The position numbers and the translations under genes were made by a program. From Spizellomyces punctatus DAOM BR117 (Eukaryota), in NCBI GenBank assembly GCA_000182565.2, contig KQ257455.1: DNA of 64,000 bases; one strand, 5' to 3'. The notes under the pieces were generated by a model. It was not told the origin of the DNA, made no database searches, and saw only the letters and a program-made list of their open reading frames with translations. This document shows, in pieces, positions 1 to 14,874 of the stretch; within the stretch, counting starts at the first letter, position 1; each line of letters begins with the position of its first letter.

Positions 1-213
1 GATTAAGAACCCCGCTTGTACCCTACCACCCAATCCCCAAACCACATCGGGGACGATGTAAAACTCTTTGTAATATAGTTTTCGTGTTCAATATACTGCA
101 CACCCCAAAGGCAAAAAGAAAGAGATCATGTAATATAAAAGGAACAGCCTATCCTCTCTACCAAAACCAGTGTATCCAAATACAACATGTACAAACACAA
201 AATAAAATATACA

Positions 214-1971
214 TCAAGAACCAACCTCGTCCACGTCCACACAACACGGAATGACGACTTGTTTGTCAATACAGGGTGATATCCGCTGTGACGACTCTGA
301 TGCAGAGTCTGAGGGCTCGGATGGTGAGGAGAGGAGAAGGGGTGACGGGCTGTCAGATGGGAATGGAGGGACACCGGCGGAAGGGTTGGTGACAGGGTCT
401 GTTACAAGGTCCACGGAAGGCGAAGAAGAAGAAGATGATGATGATGACGACGACGGGACTGGCAGAGCTTCAGAACTGGCGACTTCCAAACCCATCTCTT
501 CCGCCGCAACCGGAAAAGACGGTATTGCCTCCCCTCTCTCAGCTCTCAACACTGCCCTCACGGCCTCCAACGCCTCCCCGGACATTTGCTTAACTTCGTC
601 CGCCACCTCATCCCGCGGCGTATACTCGGGCACCCACACCTCCCCTCCCACCACTTTATCATAATCCAGAGGCGGGACCAACGCCGGTTCCTCTCTCAAT
701 AAAACGTCACAGTCATCCTTTCCAACGGATGCTAAAACGCATCCACTTTCCATGACCAATTTATCAGCGCCAATGAATTCAATAATGACTTGCAGGCTAT
801 GTCGGACTTCGACATGGGCGGGAAGCAGTGTTCCTTCAGGGGGCACAGGGGGAGGGTTAGTGATTTTAGCGGTCGAGGGGGCAAAACCTCCAAGCGAGGG
901 TATACGGAGAACGGTTTCGGATTCGGCATACAAGCCGTCTCCGCCACGGCAAATGAGGCCCGGTCGTGGTAGAGGCGACTTTTCACTCGGGGAGCGGACG
1001 GCTTCTTTTCGAGGAATGTGAGAGAGTTCGAATTCACCGTCGCTTGCCTCGGGTAATTGTTCGGTTTGTTCCCAACGCAGTAGTTCGGTGGTTCCCTTGA
1101 CTTTGGTGCCCTTCCGTTCAATCGGGAATTCCGGGTCATCCGCTCGCCCTTGACACCGCTGTTCCCCTACCACATGATGCTCCCGAAGGACCAGTGAAAT
1201 CTTTTTCAATCGCACACCCTTGCGGGCAGACTCGCTAGCAACAACAACGCGGTAGGCAAATCGAAGGGGATCACCAGGTCCCATAGCGACAGAGCCGACT
1301 TCAATGTCGTATTCTACTGGTACGGCACCTGGAGCGGATCTCCAGCGCCGAATATCGGGATGCAGGAGTGTGGGAAGGAGTCGGGGGTCGTAGACTTGGA
1401 AAGGATGGAGGGACGTTGTGGCAGTTCGGATCGTAGGTACCGCTCCAAATATAGATGAAAAAGCACCACCAACAACCTCCGTCAATGTTGCTGTCACTTC
1501 ATAAGTTACTCTCCCCTGATAGGTATTCACACCGCCAGACTGTCGACCGAGGAAGGCGCTAGAGGGGGGTAAAAGGTGCGGGGAGGGCGTCGTTCCCGGT
1601 GGAGGTGGAGGCAATGTTGCAGGATCAGGGTCAGGTGGAAATGGTACATCAAATGGAATCTCCAGCACCGTTCCAGGAGGTACCACTTCAATCTCAGTTA
1701 ACAAATCCACCGTCTTGAACAACAGCACATGCTCTCGTTTCGTCACGTCAATGCCTTCAGAAATGTCTGTGTACAGACACAATGCCACCCCGCTGAGTGT
1801 TATGCTCAAGGTCTGAATCCGAAGCGGGGCAGTTCGTCGGGCGAGGGATGCAAACCCTGGTTCATGGGATATGCGAACTAGTCCTCGAACAGAGCATTGT
1901 TCAATTCCATAAAAGCCTTGCAAGAGGTTGTTTGTGTCGGGGAGCGGGTGAATGGAGATCGTTGTTGGCAT
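214..1971 (-). CDS. Arrestin-fold (alpha-arrestin/ART-like) adaptor protein, intronless
   Basis: Long ORF with first ATG at 1971 (MPTTISIH). Arrestin-N-like segments (SVRGLVRI, TLSITLSG, LEIPFDVPFP, LLPPSS...GRVTYEVTATL), PY-like motifs (PPLDY, VPEY) and a Ser-rich tail. Confidence 0.6.
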   Translation of the reverse strand: MPTTISIHPLPDTNNLLQGFYGIEQCSVRGLVRISHEPGFASLARRTAPLRIQTLSITLSGVALCLYTDISEGIDVTKREHVLLFKTVDLLTEIEVVPPGTVLEIPFDVPFPPDPDPATLPPPPPGTTPSPHLLPPSSAFLGRQSGGVNTYQGRVTYEVTATLTEVVGGAFSSIFGAVPTIRTATTSLHPFQVYDPRLLPTLLHPDIRRWRSAPGAVPVEYDIEVGSVAMGPGDPLRFAYRVVVASESARKGVRLKKISLVLREHHVVGEQRCQGRADDPEFPIERKGTKVKGTTELLRWEQTEQLPEASDGEFELSHIPRKEAVRSPSEKSPLPRPGLICRGGDGLYAESETVLRIPSLGGFAPSTAKITNPPPVPPEGTLLPAHVEVRHSLQVIIEFIGADKLVMESGCVLASVGKDDCDVLLREEPALVPPLDYDKVVGGEVWVPEYTPRDEVADEVKQMSGEALEAVRAVLRAERGEAIPSFPVAAEEMGLEVASSEALPVPSSSSSSSSSSSPSVDLVTDPVTNPSAGVPPFPSDSPSPLLLSSPSEPSDSASESSQRISPCIDKQVVIPCCVDVDEVGS

Positions 1972-2264
1972 GAGTATAATGTCGTTGCTTTTTTCAAGTA
2001 GGTCCAGAAGGGCAATGCCCAAGTGCTCAAGATGGCATCAAGAAGCCAAGAAAATAAAAAACAACAGATTGCCTTAAGAAAAAAAACGAGGATCCAATAG
2101 AAAGAAATCACACCCAAAAGGCCAGTCCGCCGCCCTTTTCCATTCCTTGGCCAGTGCGAGGCTTAGCAAATCACGGCCGTGACGTTTTGAAAGCACATCG
2201 ATTTCCAACGTTTTTGAAAAAAACAACGATTTTTGGGGTTATGCACTTCATGTATTTACTAAAG

Positions 2265-4201
<1,937 letters not shown>

Positions 4202-4555
4202 GGGGGGTATAAGCTAGATTATGGTCGGGACGTGTTGGGACGGAGGGTATGAGGTAGTTGCCGGCCGCTGTTGCAAATGAAAGAACAATGCGAGCGCGTT
4301 CTGCAATTCCTTTCTCTCCCGTCTTGCTGCCAAATGTCTTCCCCGTTGTCGCTCCAATAAACCCCTTCCTACGATGAGGTCCAAATGGGCTGGCAAACAA
4401 AAACCCAAACGTCACCGTTCAAAAGTCTTTAAACACGGCCGCTTTGGACAAACCACCGGCTTGCTGTGCCACTGCTGCGCCGCTATCACAGGCACGTGTT
4501 CAATGGCCCTTTGCAGATCGGCCTTTTGGGCATTCTTTTGACGTTGCTGATCGCC

Positions 4556-4984
4556 ATGGCTGCTGATCTCGTTCCTTACACGACGGTCCAGGAGACGCAT
4601 ATCCAACTGACCAACGAAGCAAATGCCAATGCACACGATATACATTGCCCGGCGTGTAAGAGTCTCATTCTCAAGCGAGGGGTCGCGACGCAGGTGGAGC
4701 ATGATGCGTCAGTGAGTAAAGAATGTGTGGCTATCTGGGCTCATTCTAGCCATTAACACTTTTGACATTAGGTCAATCTCCCATCATACACATCTACAAC
4801 CGCTCCTCCGTTCAACTGGGCTGTACCGACCATGATGCATTTCGAAAACATTGGATTCTCGCACGCGGTTGATGGACGGCGGTTTTTGGCGTGTGCGGAT
4901 TGTGAAGGAGGGCCGGTGGGGTATGCGGGCGAGGGGACATTTCTTATTGCGGGGGATCGTGTGAGGTACGGGGTTGGGCGATAG
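4556..4984 (+). CDS. DSS4: Mss4/Dss4 (RABIF) Rab chaperone/GEF, 2 exons
   Basis: IHCPACKSLIL, an intron at about 4712-4771, then MMHFENIGFS...FLACADCEGGPVG...RVRY, the Mss4 zinc-binding signature. Confidence 0.85.
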
Positions 4985-5239
4985 CTGTGGGCTGTGGATC
5001 AAAATAGGGCGAGTATTGAGTCTTGGATCGTGTTTGATACATGTTGGATGCGGACTCGAAGGATTTTGAGCCAGTAGAATTAGCCAAAAGCTGACGTTTG
5101 TTGTGGGGTTTGTCAGAGATGGCTGCTGTAGATTAATTGATTTTCGAGTGTGTCTTGTTTATATGTAGGAATATGCAAATCAAAGGTAAAAGCGCTCGTG
5201 CCATAACGGCATCATCCAAATATCATAAAAGAGTCACTG

Positions 5240-5767
5240 TTATGACTTTGGCACAACCTCCAAGCCCCCGTCCACAACATTGACCACCTCACCTTCCCGT
5301 CCCACTTTCTTGTCTTCTCCACTCTCCCCCTCGTTCTTTTGCAGCTCTGATTCCAAATCCCCCTCGCCTATCGCAACCCTTCGCACCTCAGCCCCCTTCC
5401 TCTTCATAATATCCTCAATAGTTCCAGGTGGATCCAAACTATCAAACCACCCCAAATGATCTGCAAAAAGGTGCAGACTCGCGCAGCCTTCGCATCGAAT
5501 GATAACAACGCCTTTTTCGTAGGCATGTTTCGACATTGACTTGTGCTGGCGGGTTGAGCAGACTTTGCAAGTGTAGACTGCGTGAAGGCGCGGGGTGATT
5601 GATGGGCTCGCTGGTGGTGTGCTAGAGGAGTGTTGTGAAAGGAAGGGGCGGGTATGGAAGAGGCGGGGAACGGCGCAGGGAAGGAGAGATCGCTTGAGGA
5701 GGTGAGAATTCGGACGAATTGCTCCGATTCTCCACACTGCGCGGAAAGCAATCCTTGAAGAATGCAT
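5240..5767 (-). CDS. ZIM17: Mitochondrial DNL zinc-finger Hsp70 escort protein (Zim17/Tim15/Hep1)
   Basis: Arg-rich presequence followed by YTCKVCSTRQHKSMSKHAYEKGVVIIRCEGCASLHLFADHLGWF. Confidence 0.92.
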   Translation of the reverse strand: MHSSRIAFRAVWRIGAIRPNSHLLKRSLLPCAVPRLFHTRPFLSQHSSSTPPASPSITPRLHAVYTCKVCSTRQHKSMSKHAYEKGVVIIRCEGCASLHLFADHLGWFDSLDPPGTIEDIMKRKGAEVRRVAIGEGDLESELQKNEGESGEDKKVGREGEVVNVVDGGLEVVPKS

Positions 5768-5881
5768 CGTTGTCGGCCAAAAATCGTGCTCGATGCGAAA
5801 CAAAAATGTCAAAAAAGCCTTTGTTGGAACACAATGACAAAAACTAGGAAAAGAAGCGAGGCCTCAAAACCTCACGTAATG

Positions 5882-5895
5882 GTAGCCATAGCAAC
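5882..5895. promoter_or_regulatory. RFX X-box-like site (GTAGCCATAGCAAC)
   Basis: Matches GTNRCC-N2-RGYAAC and lies in the ZIM17/ARH1 divergent promoter. Confidence 0.5.
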
Positions 5896-6087
5896 AGTAA
5901 ACTGAATGAGTCATTCAGCAGATTGCCTAATGGAACGATCTTGCCGGTGAATCCATCTTTTGGAGGACGTTTGGATGTTCAAAGCGGAATAGTTGAAAGG
6001 CCGGCGTACACGAGTCCATCGCCAACAACAAATTCCACTGCCAGTTCTGCGTGACCCTTTGGATACTCGTGTGTCGAAACTTGCAAC

Positions 6088-7891
6088 ATGCCGGTAACGA
6101 GATCTGTGGTGGCCTCGTTCAAGGGAAGGCTGGTTGGCGCACCTCCACTGTCGAGTCTTTGCACGCAGGCCCATTTTCGCTTCATACGCTTTTATTCTGC
6201 ATCGACGCATCCCCCACCTGCATCTACTGAAGCATTGACCATTGGCATGGTTGGAAGTGGACCAGGTCGGTTACCAAAATTCGAGTACTGGTGTTTGCAA
6301 ATGTACGCTCATCCAATGACCCAGCGGGCTTTTATACTGCTCAGCATCTGCTCAGAAATCTTCCGAATGTAAAGATTGACATGTATGAAGCGTTGCCAGT
6401 GCCCTATGGGCTGGTCCGATTTGGTGTAGCTCCGGACCATCCAGAAGTCAAGGTTGGGGAAACAGTTTTTCGTTCCCAAACGATTCATAGTTGGACTCAC
6501 GCTTATTTCCGATGGCGCAGAATGTGATTCACAAGTTCGAAACAATAGCTCAGGATCCTCGCTTTCGATTTATTGGGAATGTGCGCATAGGGCATGATCT
6601 CGATCTCGCAGAGCTGAAACCCCGCTACGACGCGCTGATTCTCTCATACGGTGCTAGCCAAGACCAACGATTGGGATTGCCCGACGAAGACGCAATTCCA
6701 AATGTATTTTCTGCGCGAGCTTTTGTAGGATGGTATAATGGTCTGCCGGAGCATCGTGACTTGAATCCGGATCTAGAATCATCGGATACAGCGGTGGTCA
6801 TTGGGCAGGGGAATGTCGCTTTAGATGTCGCTAGGGTTTTATTGATGCCTTTGGACGAGCTGGCTAAGACGGATATTACTGAGCATGCCCTTGAAGCGTT
6901 GCGGCGGAGTAAAATTCGCCACGTACACCTCATCGGGCGACGAGGTCCTCTCCAGGTGAGCAATAAAGTCATACCCCTATGGTAAAGTGTACGATTTTTG
7001 ATATTCCCAATGCTCATATCGCGAGTACCTCTTAGGCATCTTTCACAGCCAAAGAACTCCGTGAAATGATTGCGCTTCCCGACACCAAACTCCATCTTGA
7101 TGTTCCCCTCCTTCAAAGCCAAATGGAAGCTGGATCCGCCATTCTATCCAAGGAGCGACCACGACGTCGTCTGATGGAGCTCCTACTCAAAGGCGCTACA
7201 AACCCCCTTTCAAACACATCCCCAACCTCCAAATCCTGGTCGCTCAAGTTCTTAAGTAGTCCCATTCATCTTGTTACAAATCCAACAACGCAAGCACTCG
7301 AAGGCCTGCAGTTGGAGAAGAATAGATTGGAAGGTCCATTGAACGCACCTCGTGCTGTTGGAACTGGTGAAATAGAAGAAATACCATGTGGATTGCTACT
7401 TCGATCCATTGGATATAAAAGCGTACCTCTCCAAGGGTTGCCCTTTGATTCAAAGAGGGGGATGATTCCGAATGTCCGGGGCAAAGTTCAAAATGAGGTA
7501 CGGTGCTCACAAGCAATGCTGAATCTTGTCCTGCCGCGCACCATTTCTCATTCATTTCTAGGACTCTTTCACCTCAGGGATTTATGTTGCGGGCTGGCTC
7601 AAACGCGGTCCAACTGGGGTCATTGCTGCAACAATGTACGACGCCATCGAGACTGCTGACACAATCATAAATGACATTCAAAAGGGAGAACTGCAGCCCA
7701 GGATAGGTCCCACAGTTCCGCCGGGATTCAAAGGTCTGGAATCGATGCTTCGCGCGCGGGGGGTCAAGGTTGTCGATTTTCATGCATGGAAGAAGATTGA
7801 TGAGGTGGAGGTCGCAGAAGGGACTCCTAAAGGGAAGCCGAGGGAAAAAGTTGTTGAGGTAGACAAAATGATGGAGATTGCGGGCCGCTGA
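6088..7891 (+). CDS. ARH1: NADPH:adrenodoxin oxidoreductase, mitochondrial, multi-exon
   Basis: VGSGPAGFYTA, PYGLVRFGVAPDHPEVK, VIGQGNVALDVAR, IGRRGPLQ, GWLKRGPTGVI, KPREKVV. Confidence 0.95.
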
Positions 7892-8058
7892 CGACTCTAT
7901 AGAATGTATATTATAGTAATGGTGGAGCAGATGCACCTGAAAAGCCGCAACGAAGATGTAAACTGCACATTGTTTTCGTACTAATTATCATAACACTGGC
8001 TCGTTGTTTGATTCCCAGCATGCATCTTGCATCAGTTCGCGTCATACATAAAATCTAT

Positions 8059-8842
8059 CTACAAAAGTTCATCGGTATCCCATCCCAGCGTTGTCAGCAG
8101 CGTAGCCACTTTGCTCCGGTATGACTCTACCACTCTGCTGGGGTAATCTTTAACAGAGTCTGCGGCCACATCTGACACATCAGGGCTGCTACATGATAAG
8201 CCCTCCGCCCCGGTTGCCTCACCCTTCCGCACCTTACAGCAGCCACCACCTTCTTTCATCTCATCCCTTTCTCCAGAGGCCTTACAGCATCCACCTCCAC
8301 TCTCGCACCCCGTCGTCGCCGAATTTGGAGCATCCGGTCTTGTGGTATCCGTCGCTTTGAAGTAGGCAAGTGTAAAGACATGATCGACGGACAGGGCTTC
8401 CAGTTCAGCATGAAGGGATTGAAGAGTCGATAGATTGGATGGCGATATTGATGTGGCGGCTTTTGGAGAGAGAGTGTAGACTTGTATTAATGTGCTAGAC
8501 AAGAACATGGTCAGCTAGAATGCTTTGCGGTGAAAGACAGTGACGGGGTACATACCTCAACAAGCCTCGGAGCGCCCCTAATTGGAACCCAATACCTGCT
8601 GCATCCTTGAATCCTCTATCAAACCCTTGTTGGAGGCTGACCTGTTTGCCTTCTGTTATTCCTTCCTTGTATCCGACCTGCCCAATAAACATTCAATGGC
8701 CCGTCTCTGTTTGTTTGACCGATCAACTGCCATTACTCACCACGCCATGTTGATCCTGCAATCGATTCCAGTTACGCTCCGCAACCTGTTTGTCATACTG
8801 ACTATCAGATAGCCCCTCGGCATCGTTCCATACGTCGTCCAT
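8059..8842 (-). CDS. YAE1: Yae1-family protein (CIA Fe-S targeting adaptor for Rli1)
   Basis: MDDVW...RLQDQHGVVGYKEGITEGKQVSLQQGFDRGFKDAAGIGFQLGALRG, the deca-GX3 motif. Three exons. Confidence 0.8.
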
Positions 8843-8898
8843 TTTCAAAGTGCCAAACCCAAAAGTTCGATCACCCGCTTATTCAGCACTCATTGCTT

Positions 8899-8912
8899 GT
8901 TGCCATGGCATT
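8899..8912. promoter_or_regulatory. RFX X-box-like site (GTTGCCATGGCATT)
   Basis: YAE1/PEX5 divergent promoter, adjacent to CACGTG. Confidence 0.45.
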
Positions 8913-9014
8913 ACCACGTGATCATCGACTTGATCTGTCAGCGCGAGATCAACCACCGTCCACAAGAGCAGTTCAAGTGAGACTCATTGGGTTTCAATTA
9001 ACAATATCAAAAGC

Positions 9015-11730
9015 ATGTCTGCGTTGAGGGATCTCGTAGGAAGCGGTGCAGAATGCTCGGGAGGAAATTCCTTGAGTCAGTTCACCAAGCAGCTGCAGCA
9101 GGATAGGTCGCTTCAACAGGTTAGTGGTGTGCAGTCTTCTTTTTTCCTTATCCCCGAAACCGGAAGCTGACAGGCTTATTTGTGCCTATTTAGGAACGAT
9201 TTGGATTTCCAGATGAAGGAGGGAGTAGCTCGGTACGATTATCATCATTCAGTAGTAGCGTTGGAAAAAAGGTCACTGATGTTTTGACTGGCTTGGACAG
9301 AGCTTTGGTCTCCGAGAGCGGCCTGGGATGGAAAGGGGGATGGATATGGATGTACGTAGTATGATCTTCTTTGAATATTGTGCCTGGGAGCTCACGCTTA
9401 AGCTTGTTAGAACATGCTTGGGGAGTTTTTCGAAGGCGCCCCGCCCGACGCTCAAAGATTTCACCAGCCGGACGTCTTCAGTATGAATTCACTTGGTAAA
9501 GAATTGGAACGAATAGGTCCACAAGCGACAATGCCGGTCAAGAGTGATTGGGCTGTTGATTTTGCTCGACAGAGCGAGGGGCGACCGATGGATGGAATGA
9601 ATGCGATGCAGTTTTCTGAATTTGAGGATATTTACCAGAGAGAGGAACAAGGTATGATAACTACTGTTTTGCGTCTTCCTCTTGTTGGTGCTAAAGTCAT
9701 TGTGCATCGATAATAGTGGGACCCGTAGGTGCACCGGAAGCGTGGGCAGTAGAGTTTCATTCACGACATCATGAGATGCAAGGCCCGCATGTACATCATG
9801 AAATCGCAGAGTTTGAGCGGGCATTTGAGGAGGCAAAACGTAAGGACATCAGCTTAAAATGAGCCCACTTACTTTCATTCTAATCCCCACCTTGCAAAGA
9901 CCAGGTCAGCTGGGAAGCGGAATTCGCAAAATCCGAAGATCCGGCCAATTGGGCGTCCGAGTTCGAATCTTCTCAAGCACAATCGTGGATTAATGAATTC
10001 ACTGAGCAGGAAGGACTCACTGTGGATGGTGCTACTTCAAAGGAAGCATTGGCGCAGACGGCAGGAATGCTTCTTGACGCCGTGGAAAACTCTGCAAATC
10101 CCAAATTCCGCGAATCAAAATTCCTCGATTTTATGAAGAAACTTCGTGATCAGGAAGTGTCTATCGAAGGAAATAAAGTTGTCGAACAAACTACCCCGTT
10201 CAATGCTGCAGACTCATGGGCCCAAGAGTTTGGTGCATCGATCAAGTCTCAAAACTGGGAAGAGGAGTTTTCAAGCCAAATGGGACAAGCAGGACCAGCA
10301 CAGGTTTCTGGACAAGTTAATGGAAATCCAGCCATGTGGGCAGAGGAATTTTCCGGAAAACGAGAGTCGGATTGGGCGACGGAGTTTGGTGGATATGGAC
10401 CAAAGCTTGAGGATAAGAACTGGACAACAGAGTTTGAACGGCAACAGATGGAGCGAAATTGGGCGGAAGAATTCAACAAGAATATGCCTGCAGATCTGGA
10501 TGCGGAGGTGTTTGAGGACGGCTACTGGAATGCGTGGGATAATAATGAGGCAATAGATCAACACCAAGGGCGGGCTCTCGGTGGTCGATATGAGGAGTAC
10601 GAGTTCACTGCAAACAATCCTTATCTAGACAGAGAGACACCCGTGAACTACCGCAATTTGACGGAAGCAATATTGGTCCTAGAAGCTGCAGTTCAGAAAG
10701 ATTCTACCAATGCAAATGCATGGTACGAGCTCGGGATCCGACAACAAGAGAATGAAAATGACGTTGCTGCCATCGCGGCGCTGAGAGCGGCGGTCCGTCA
10801 GCAACCGAGCTTAACAGACGCGTGGATAGGTCTATCTGTATCATACACTAACGAAAGTTTTCGTGAAGACGCCTATGACGCCCTCGAATCGTGGCTGATG
10901 AACAGCGATAAATACCAGCACATATTGGAAGGCTCATCGTCGTCAACCAGCCGACATGAAAAGCTTACCAACAACTTTCTGGAGGCAGCAAGACAGAGCG
11001 CGGGATCGGATCTGGATGCGGATGTTCAGGTTGGGTTGGGTGTATTGTTTCATATCTCGGAAGAATATCATAAAGCAGTGGATTGTTTCGAGGCGGCATT
11101 ATCAAAGCGGCCAGAGGTAGGTTTTGGTTGACTCCAATTTGAGTGAAACGTCCATTCACACGTTTCTCAATTCGCGTTCAGGACTACCTTCTTTGGAATA
11201 AGTTGGGGTAAATGTCTCTTTCCCAGTCAGAGTAAACTTTAAAATTCAGTTCTGAACATCTTTTTGCTTCCCCACAACAGTGCAACCCTAGCGAACTCTA
11301 GCACATCCGACCGAGCCATCGATGCCTATTTCCACGCCCTTGAAATTAATCCCTCATACATCCGCGCACGTTACAACCTAGCCATCTGCTGTATGCAAAT
11401 GGGTCAATATCGCGAAGCCGCCGAACACCTTCTCGGAGCTCTCTCAGTGCAAACTAACAATATCTCATCCGTGCTCGCTGAAACAAAAGGAGGAGCGGAG
11501 GAAGAAGACTTTGCCGCCATGCATAATGTGCAAAGTAGTACGGTGTGGTCAACGCTGAAGATGCTTGCGGATGGGCATTGTGAGTTTTGCAGTTTGCGTT
11601 CTGTGTTGGAATTGTGTGATAATTTATGTTAACGCATTTCTTGGCCGTTGTTGTAGTGAAACGACATGATTTGGCGCAGGCTTGTGAAAGACGGGATTTG
11701 CACGCATTTCGGGCGGATTTTGATTTTTAA
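9015..11730 (+). CDS. PEX5: Peroxisomal PTS1 receptor Pex5, multi-exon
   Basis: N-terminal Cys (GAECSGGNSL), many WxxxF motifs, SKFLDFMKKLRD, TPR region, LLWNKLGATLANS, YIRARYNL, C-terminal AFRADFDF. Confidence 0.96.
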
Positions 11731-11986
11731 AAAGATTAGAACATATTAGCTTTTAAATAGCATTCACAAACAGTCATCCATAGGTTGGGGTGGACGCAAA
11801 TAACAAGAGTAGAACCTAGTTCAACTCTCTCATAGAATTTCTGCCAAATCATGACGTTATTACATTTATACAAATGTTGTTAAGGTATGTCTCTGTCCAT
11901 CGCCTTACCACCACCACCCGTGTATTTTTAAGTATTCCATCTGCTTGGAAGAAGAGAGTTCTTTGACCATGCCAAACCCGGGATTT

Positions 11987-12776
11987 CTATTTATTTTTTG
12001 GGTACGGAGGTCCAAACAACTCATCATCTGCTTGCCACCTATGCTTAATCTTCACATCCGAAACATCCACCTGAGATCCAACCTCCACCAAATGATCGGA
12101 AGCCCGCTCAAACATTCCTGGGAACGTGATACGGTACGGCCTTGATTGCCATCCCTCCGCAACCACTAACCTATCGTCCGCCTCACGCGTCTTGATAGCC
12201 ACCCACTTGGCCGTGTCCTTTTGAGCTTGCTCAGCTGAAAAGTATTCTCATACTTTGACAAAAACTCGGTGATGGGGTGCACGTCCTTGCCGGCGGTGTA
12301 GTGTTCGTTGAGGCGGTAGATGCCAGCTGTTCCAGCAATGGCTAGGAAGACTTTGACCCAAAAGCCTGAGAAGAAGGTTTCGGGGTGTTGGAGGGTTTCG
12401 GAACCGGTGGGAAGCTCGCTTGTGTGGCCGTAGTTGTTGGTAGGTGGGAAGACCTCGTCGATTGTTCCTGCCCGGTAATGGCCGGGGTAATGGTACTCGT
12501 TGGGCCAGCTAGCAGTAGGTTTTCGCAGAAAGACATTTGTCAAAACTCAAACAATTCATAGTAACGATACATTTTAAATGACACATACTTGCGGGCAACC
12601 TTCAACCATTCCTCCTTGTGCAAAGGTTGCTTTTTGGGCCCATGACCGTGTTCATCATCGTGTCCCGACGGTGAATCGGCATATCGGCGAACAGACACAG
12701 CCAATCGAGTCGCGACACTTGCTCCAAGTAGCGGTGTTGCACGTACCGCTGGCGTTAATGCACGAGAAAGCACCAT
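11987..12776 (-). CDS. Complex I accessory subunit, fungal 17.8 kDa / NDUFB5-like, with an apparent 1-nt frameshift near 12240
   Basis: Mitochondrial presequence, His-rich patch, one TM (FWVKVFLAIAGTAGIY) and HPITEFLSKY. The segment RITFPGMFERAS...VEVGSQVDVSDV lies in a different frame. Confidence 0.6.
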
Positions 12777-13094
12777 CTTTGCCTACAATCGCTTCTCAGC
12801 GCAAAAACCGGAAACGGAAATGGATGCGTAAAATGGTGCAAATCCCCCGTACGAATGCTTGTTGCCAACCACCCAGACGGATAAAATATAACCAGGTTCG
12901 AGTGAGAATGAGTCACCCTCCAGGCGATCGCGCGACGATTTCGTTGGACGGTGGGGTGATGTGGGATGGGTCGCTTGTTGGTGTATTTTGGGGCAAGAGG
13001 ATGGTCGTTTTCTCGCTCAAGGATTGTTCGTAGCCCTTCCCAACGCTCATTCCACTTCCTCCCTCGCTCCTCCTCCGCTTGTCAAGGCTTCAAA

Positions 13095-14657
13095 ATGATG
13101 TCGACGGCCGCTATACCTGCTGTTACGGAAAAGACGTCGCAGTCAACCAAGGCAGCGAATGGGGCCGCTTTGACAAAGGAAAATGAAAAGGCCGCTTTTG
13201 AAAGTGTTTTCGACGTATTGGTGGAGGATGTTGTAAAAGAGTTGGATGTGTATAGAGTGCCACCAGAGGGCAAGGAACATATTCGCAAGGTAGGAAATGA
13301 CGGACGAAACACTATATGAGGAAACAACCTGTTGACTGGCAGCCGGATCTTTGCTAGATGTTGAATTACACAGTTGCTGGTGGTGAGTGTTGTAACATAT
13401 AGTATGGCGCAGGTCCTGACCGTTTATCTAACTCGTCAAATCTTTTATCGAACAGGCAAGATGAACCGAGGCTTAACTGTGCCTTCTGCACTTCGGTCGC
13501 TGTTGAAGCGGGACCTCACGAGCGACGAGTTATTAAAAGCTCAAGTGCTAGGATGGTGCATCGAGTGGGTGAGTGATACATCATCTTCACAGATCTGCCA
13601 GCCAATCATATTGACATCCAATGGGTATTCTAGCTACAGGCATTCTTCCTCATTTCAGATGATATCATGGATGCGTCCGTAACCCGGCGCGGACAACCCT
13701 GCTGGTACCGACAGGTAATAATCCACTTCAACAATCTTGACAGGTTGGAGCTGATGATGTTGTGGTATCAGGAATCAGTTGGGATGATTGCGATCAACGA
13801 CGCGTTCATATGCGAATCTGTCATTTACCGCTTCCTCAAAAAGTACTTTCGCACCGCACCCTACTATCTAGACCTGATTGAACTATTCCACGAGGTGACC
13901 TACCAGACCGAGTTGGGACAAATGATGGATCTGTTAACTGCTCCCGAGGGAGACGTGGATCTCAATCGATTCTCGATTACAAAGTGAGAAAAGGGTCCAC
14001 TTTTCTTGCCAATCGACATAAGAGGTCTAACTGAGTACAAAACAACAAGGCACGCCTACATTGTCGAATACAAGACCGCTTACTATTCCTTCTACTTGCC
14101 TATCGCTCTCGCCATGCGAATGGCCAGCATAACCGATGAAGCAGCATACGAGCAGGCCAAGGCTGTGTTGCTCCCACTGGGAGAATACTTTCAGGTCCAG
14201 GATGACTACCTGGACTGTTATGGGTCACCCGAGGTCATTGGAAAGATTGGGACGGATATTGAGGATAACAAGTGCGGATGGTTGATTGTACAAGCTCTTG
14301 ATCGGGCGAACCCTGAGCAGCGAAAGCTACTAGAGGTATGCTTTTGTCCGTGTGGAAACGGGACAACTGTTTTTGACATAATGTACTGCAGGAAAACTAT
14401 GGACGAAAATCACCCGAATCCGTCCAGGTTGTGAAGTCTGTTTACAAAGATCTCCGCATTGCAGACATATATCATCAATACGAGGAAGAAAGTTATGAGC
14501 GAATCACAGCACTGATCAATAAGGTTGATGAGCGACTATTGCCTAGAGATATGTTTGTTGCGTTTATGAACAGGTGAGCATTTCATGATTTGGTTAGTTT
14601 GGCTAGCTTTGAGTACTGATGGGTTGTATATCTAGGATTTACAAGCGCAAGGCGTAA
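13095..14657 (+). CDS. ERG20: Farnesyl pyrophosphate synthase, multi-exon
   Basis: [78 protein letters not shown]-stop. Confidence 0.97.
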
Positions 14658-14874
14658 TCGTATTTATATTACGCACAGCACTTGCGATTGTTAGCCGCCA
14701 GCTATGGCGTACAGCAATTTAGAACCCCACGTATCTATTCAACTCAAGTTTCTACGGGATTTATTTAGGCGGAATACAAAGTCTGGCCGGCTGCGAGCAT
14801 CTACATTAAATTAATCGACGCCGTCCGTGCACTGTGTCACTCGTCCATTTTACGGGCCCACTAAGTGCTGACCG

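Noticed and set aside
12235-12253. 19-nt GT-AG mini-intron as a fix for the frameshift
   Set aside because: Removal yields AAC TGA (stop), the wrong phase.
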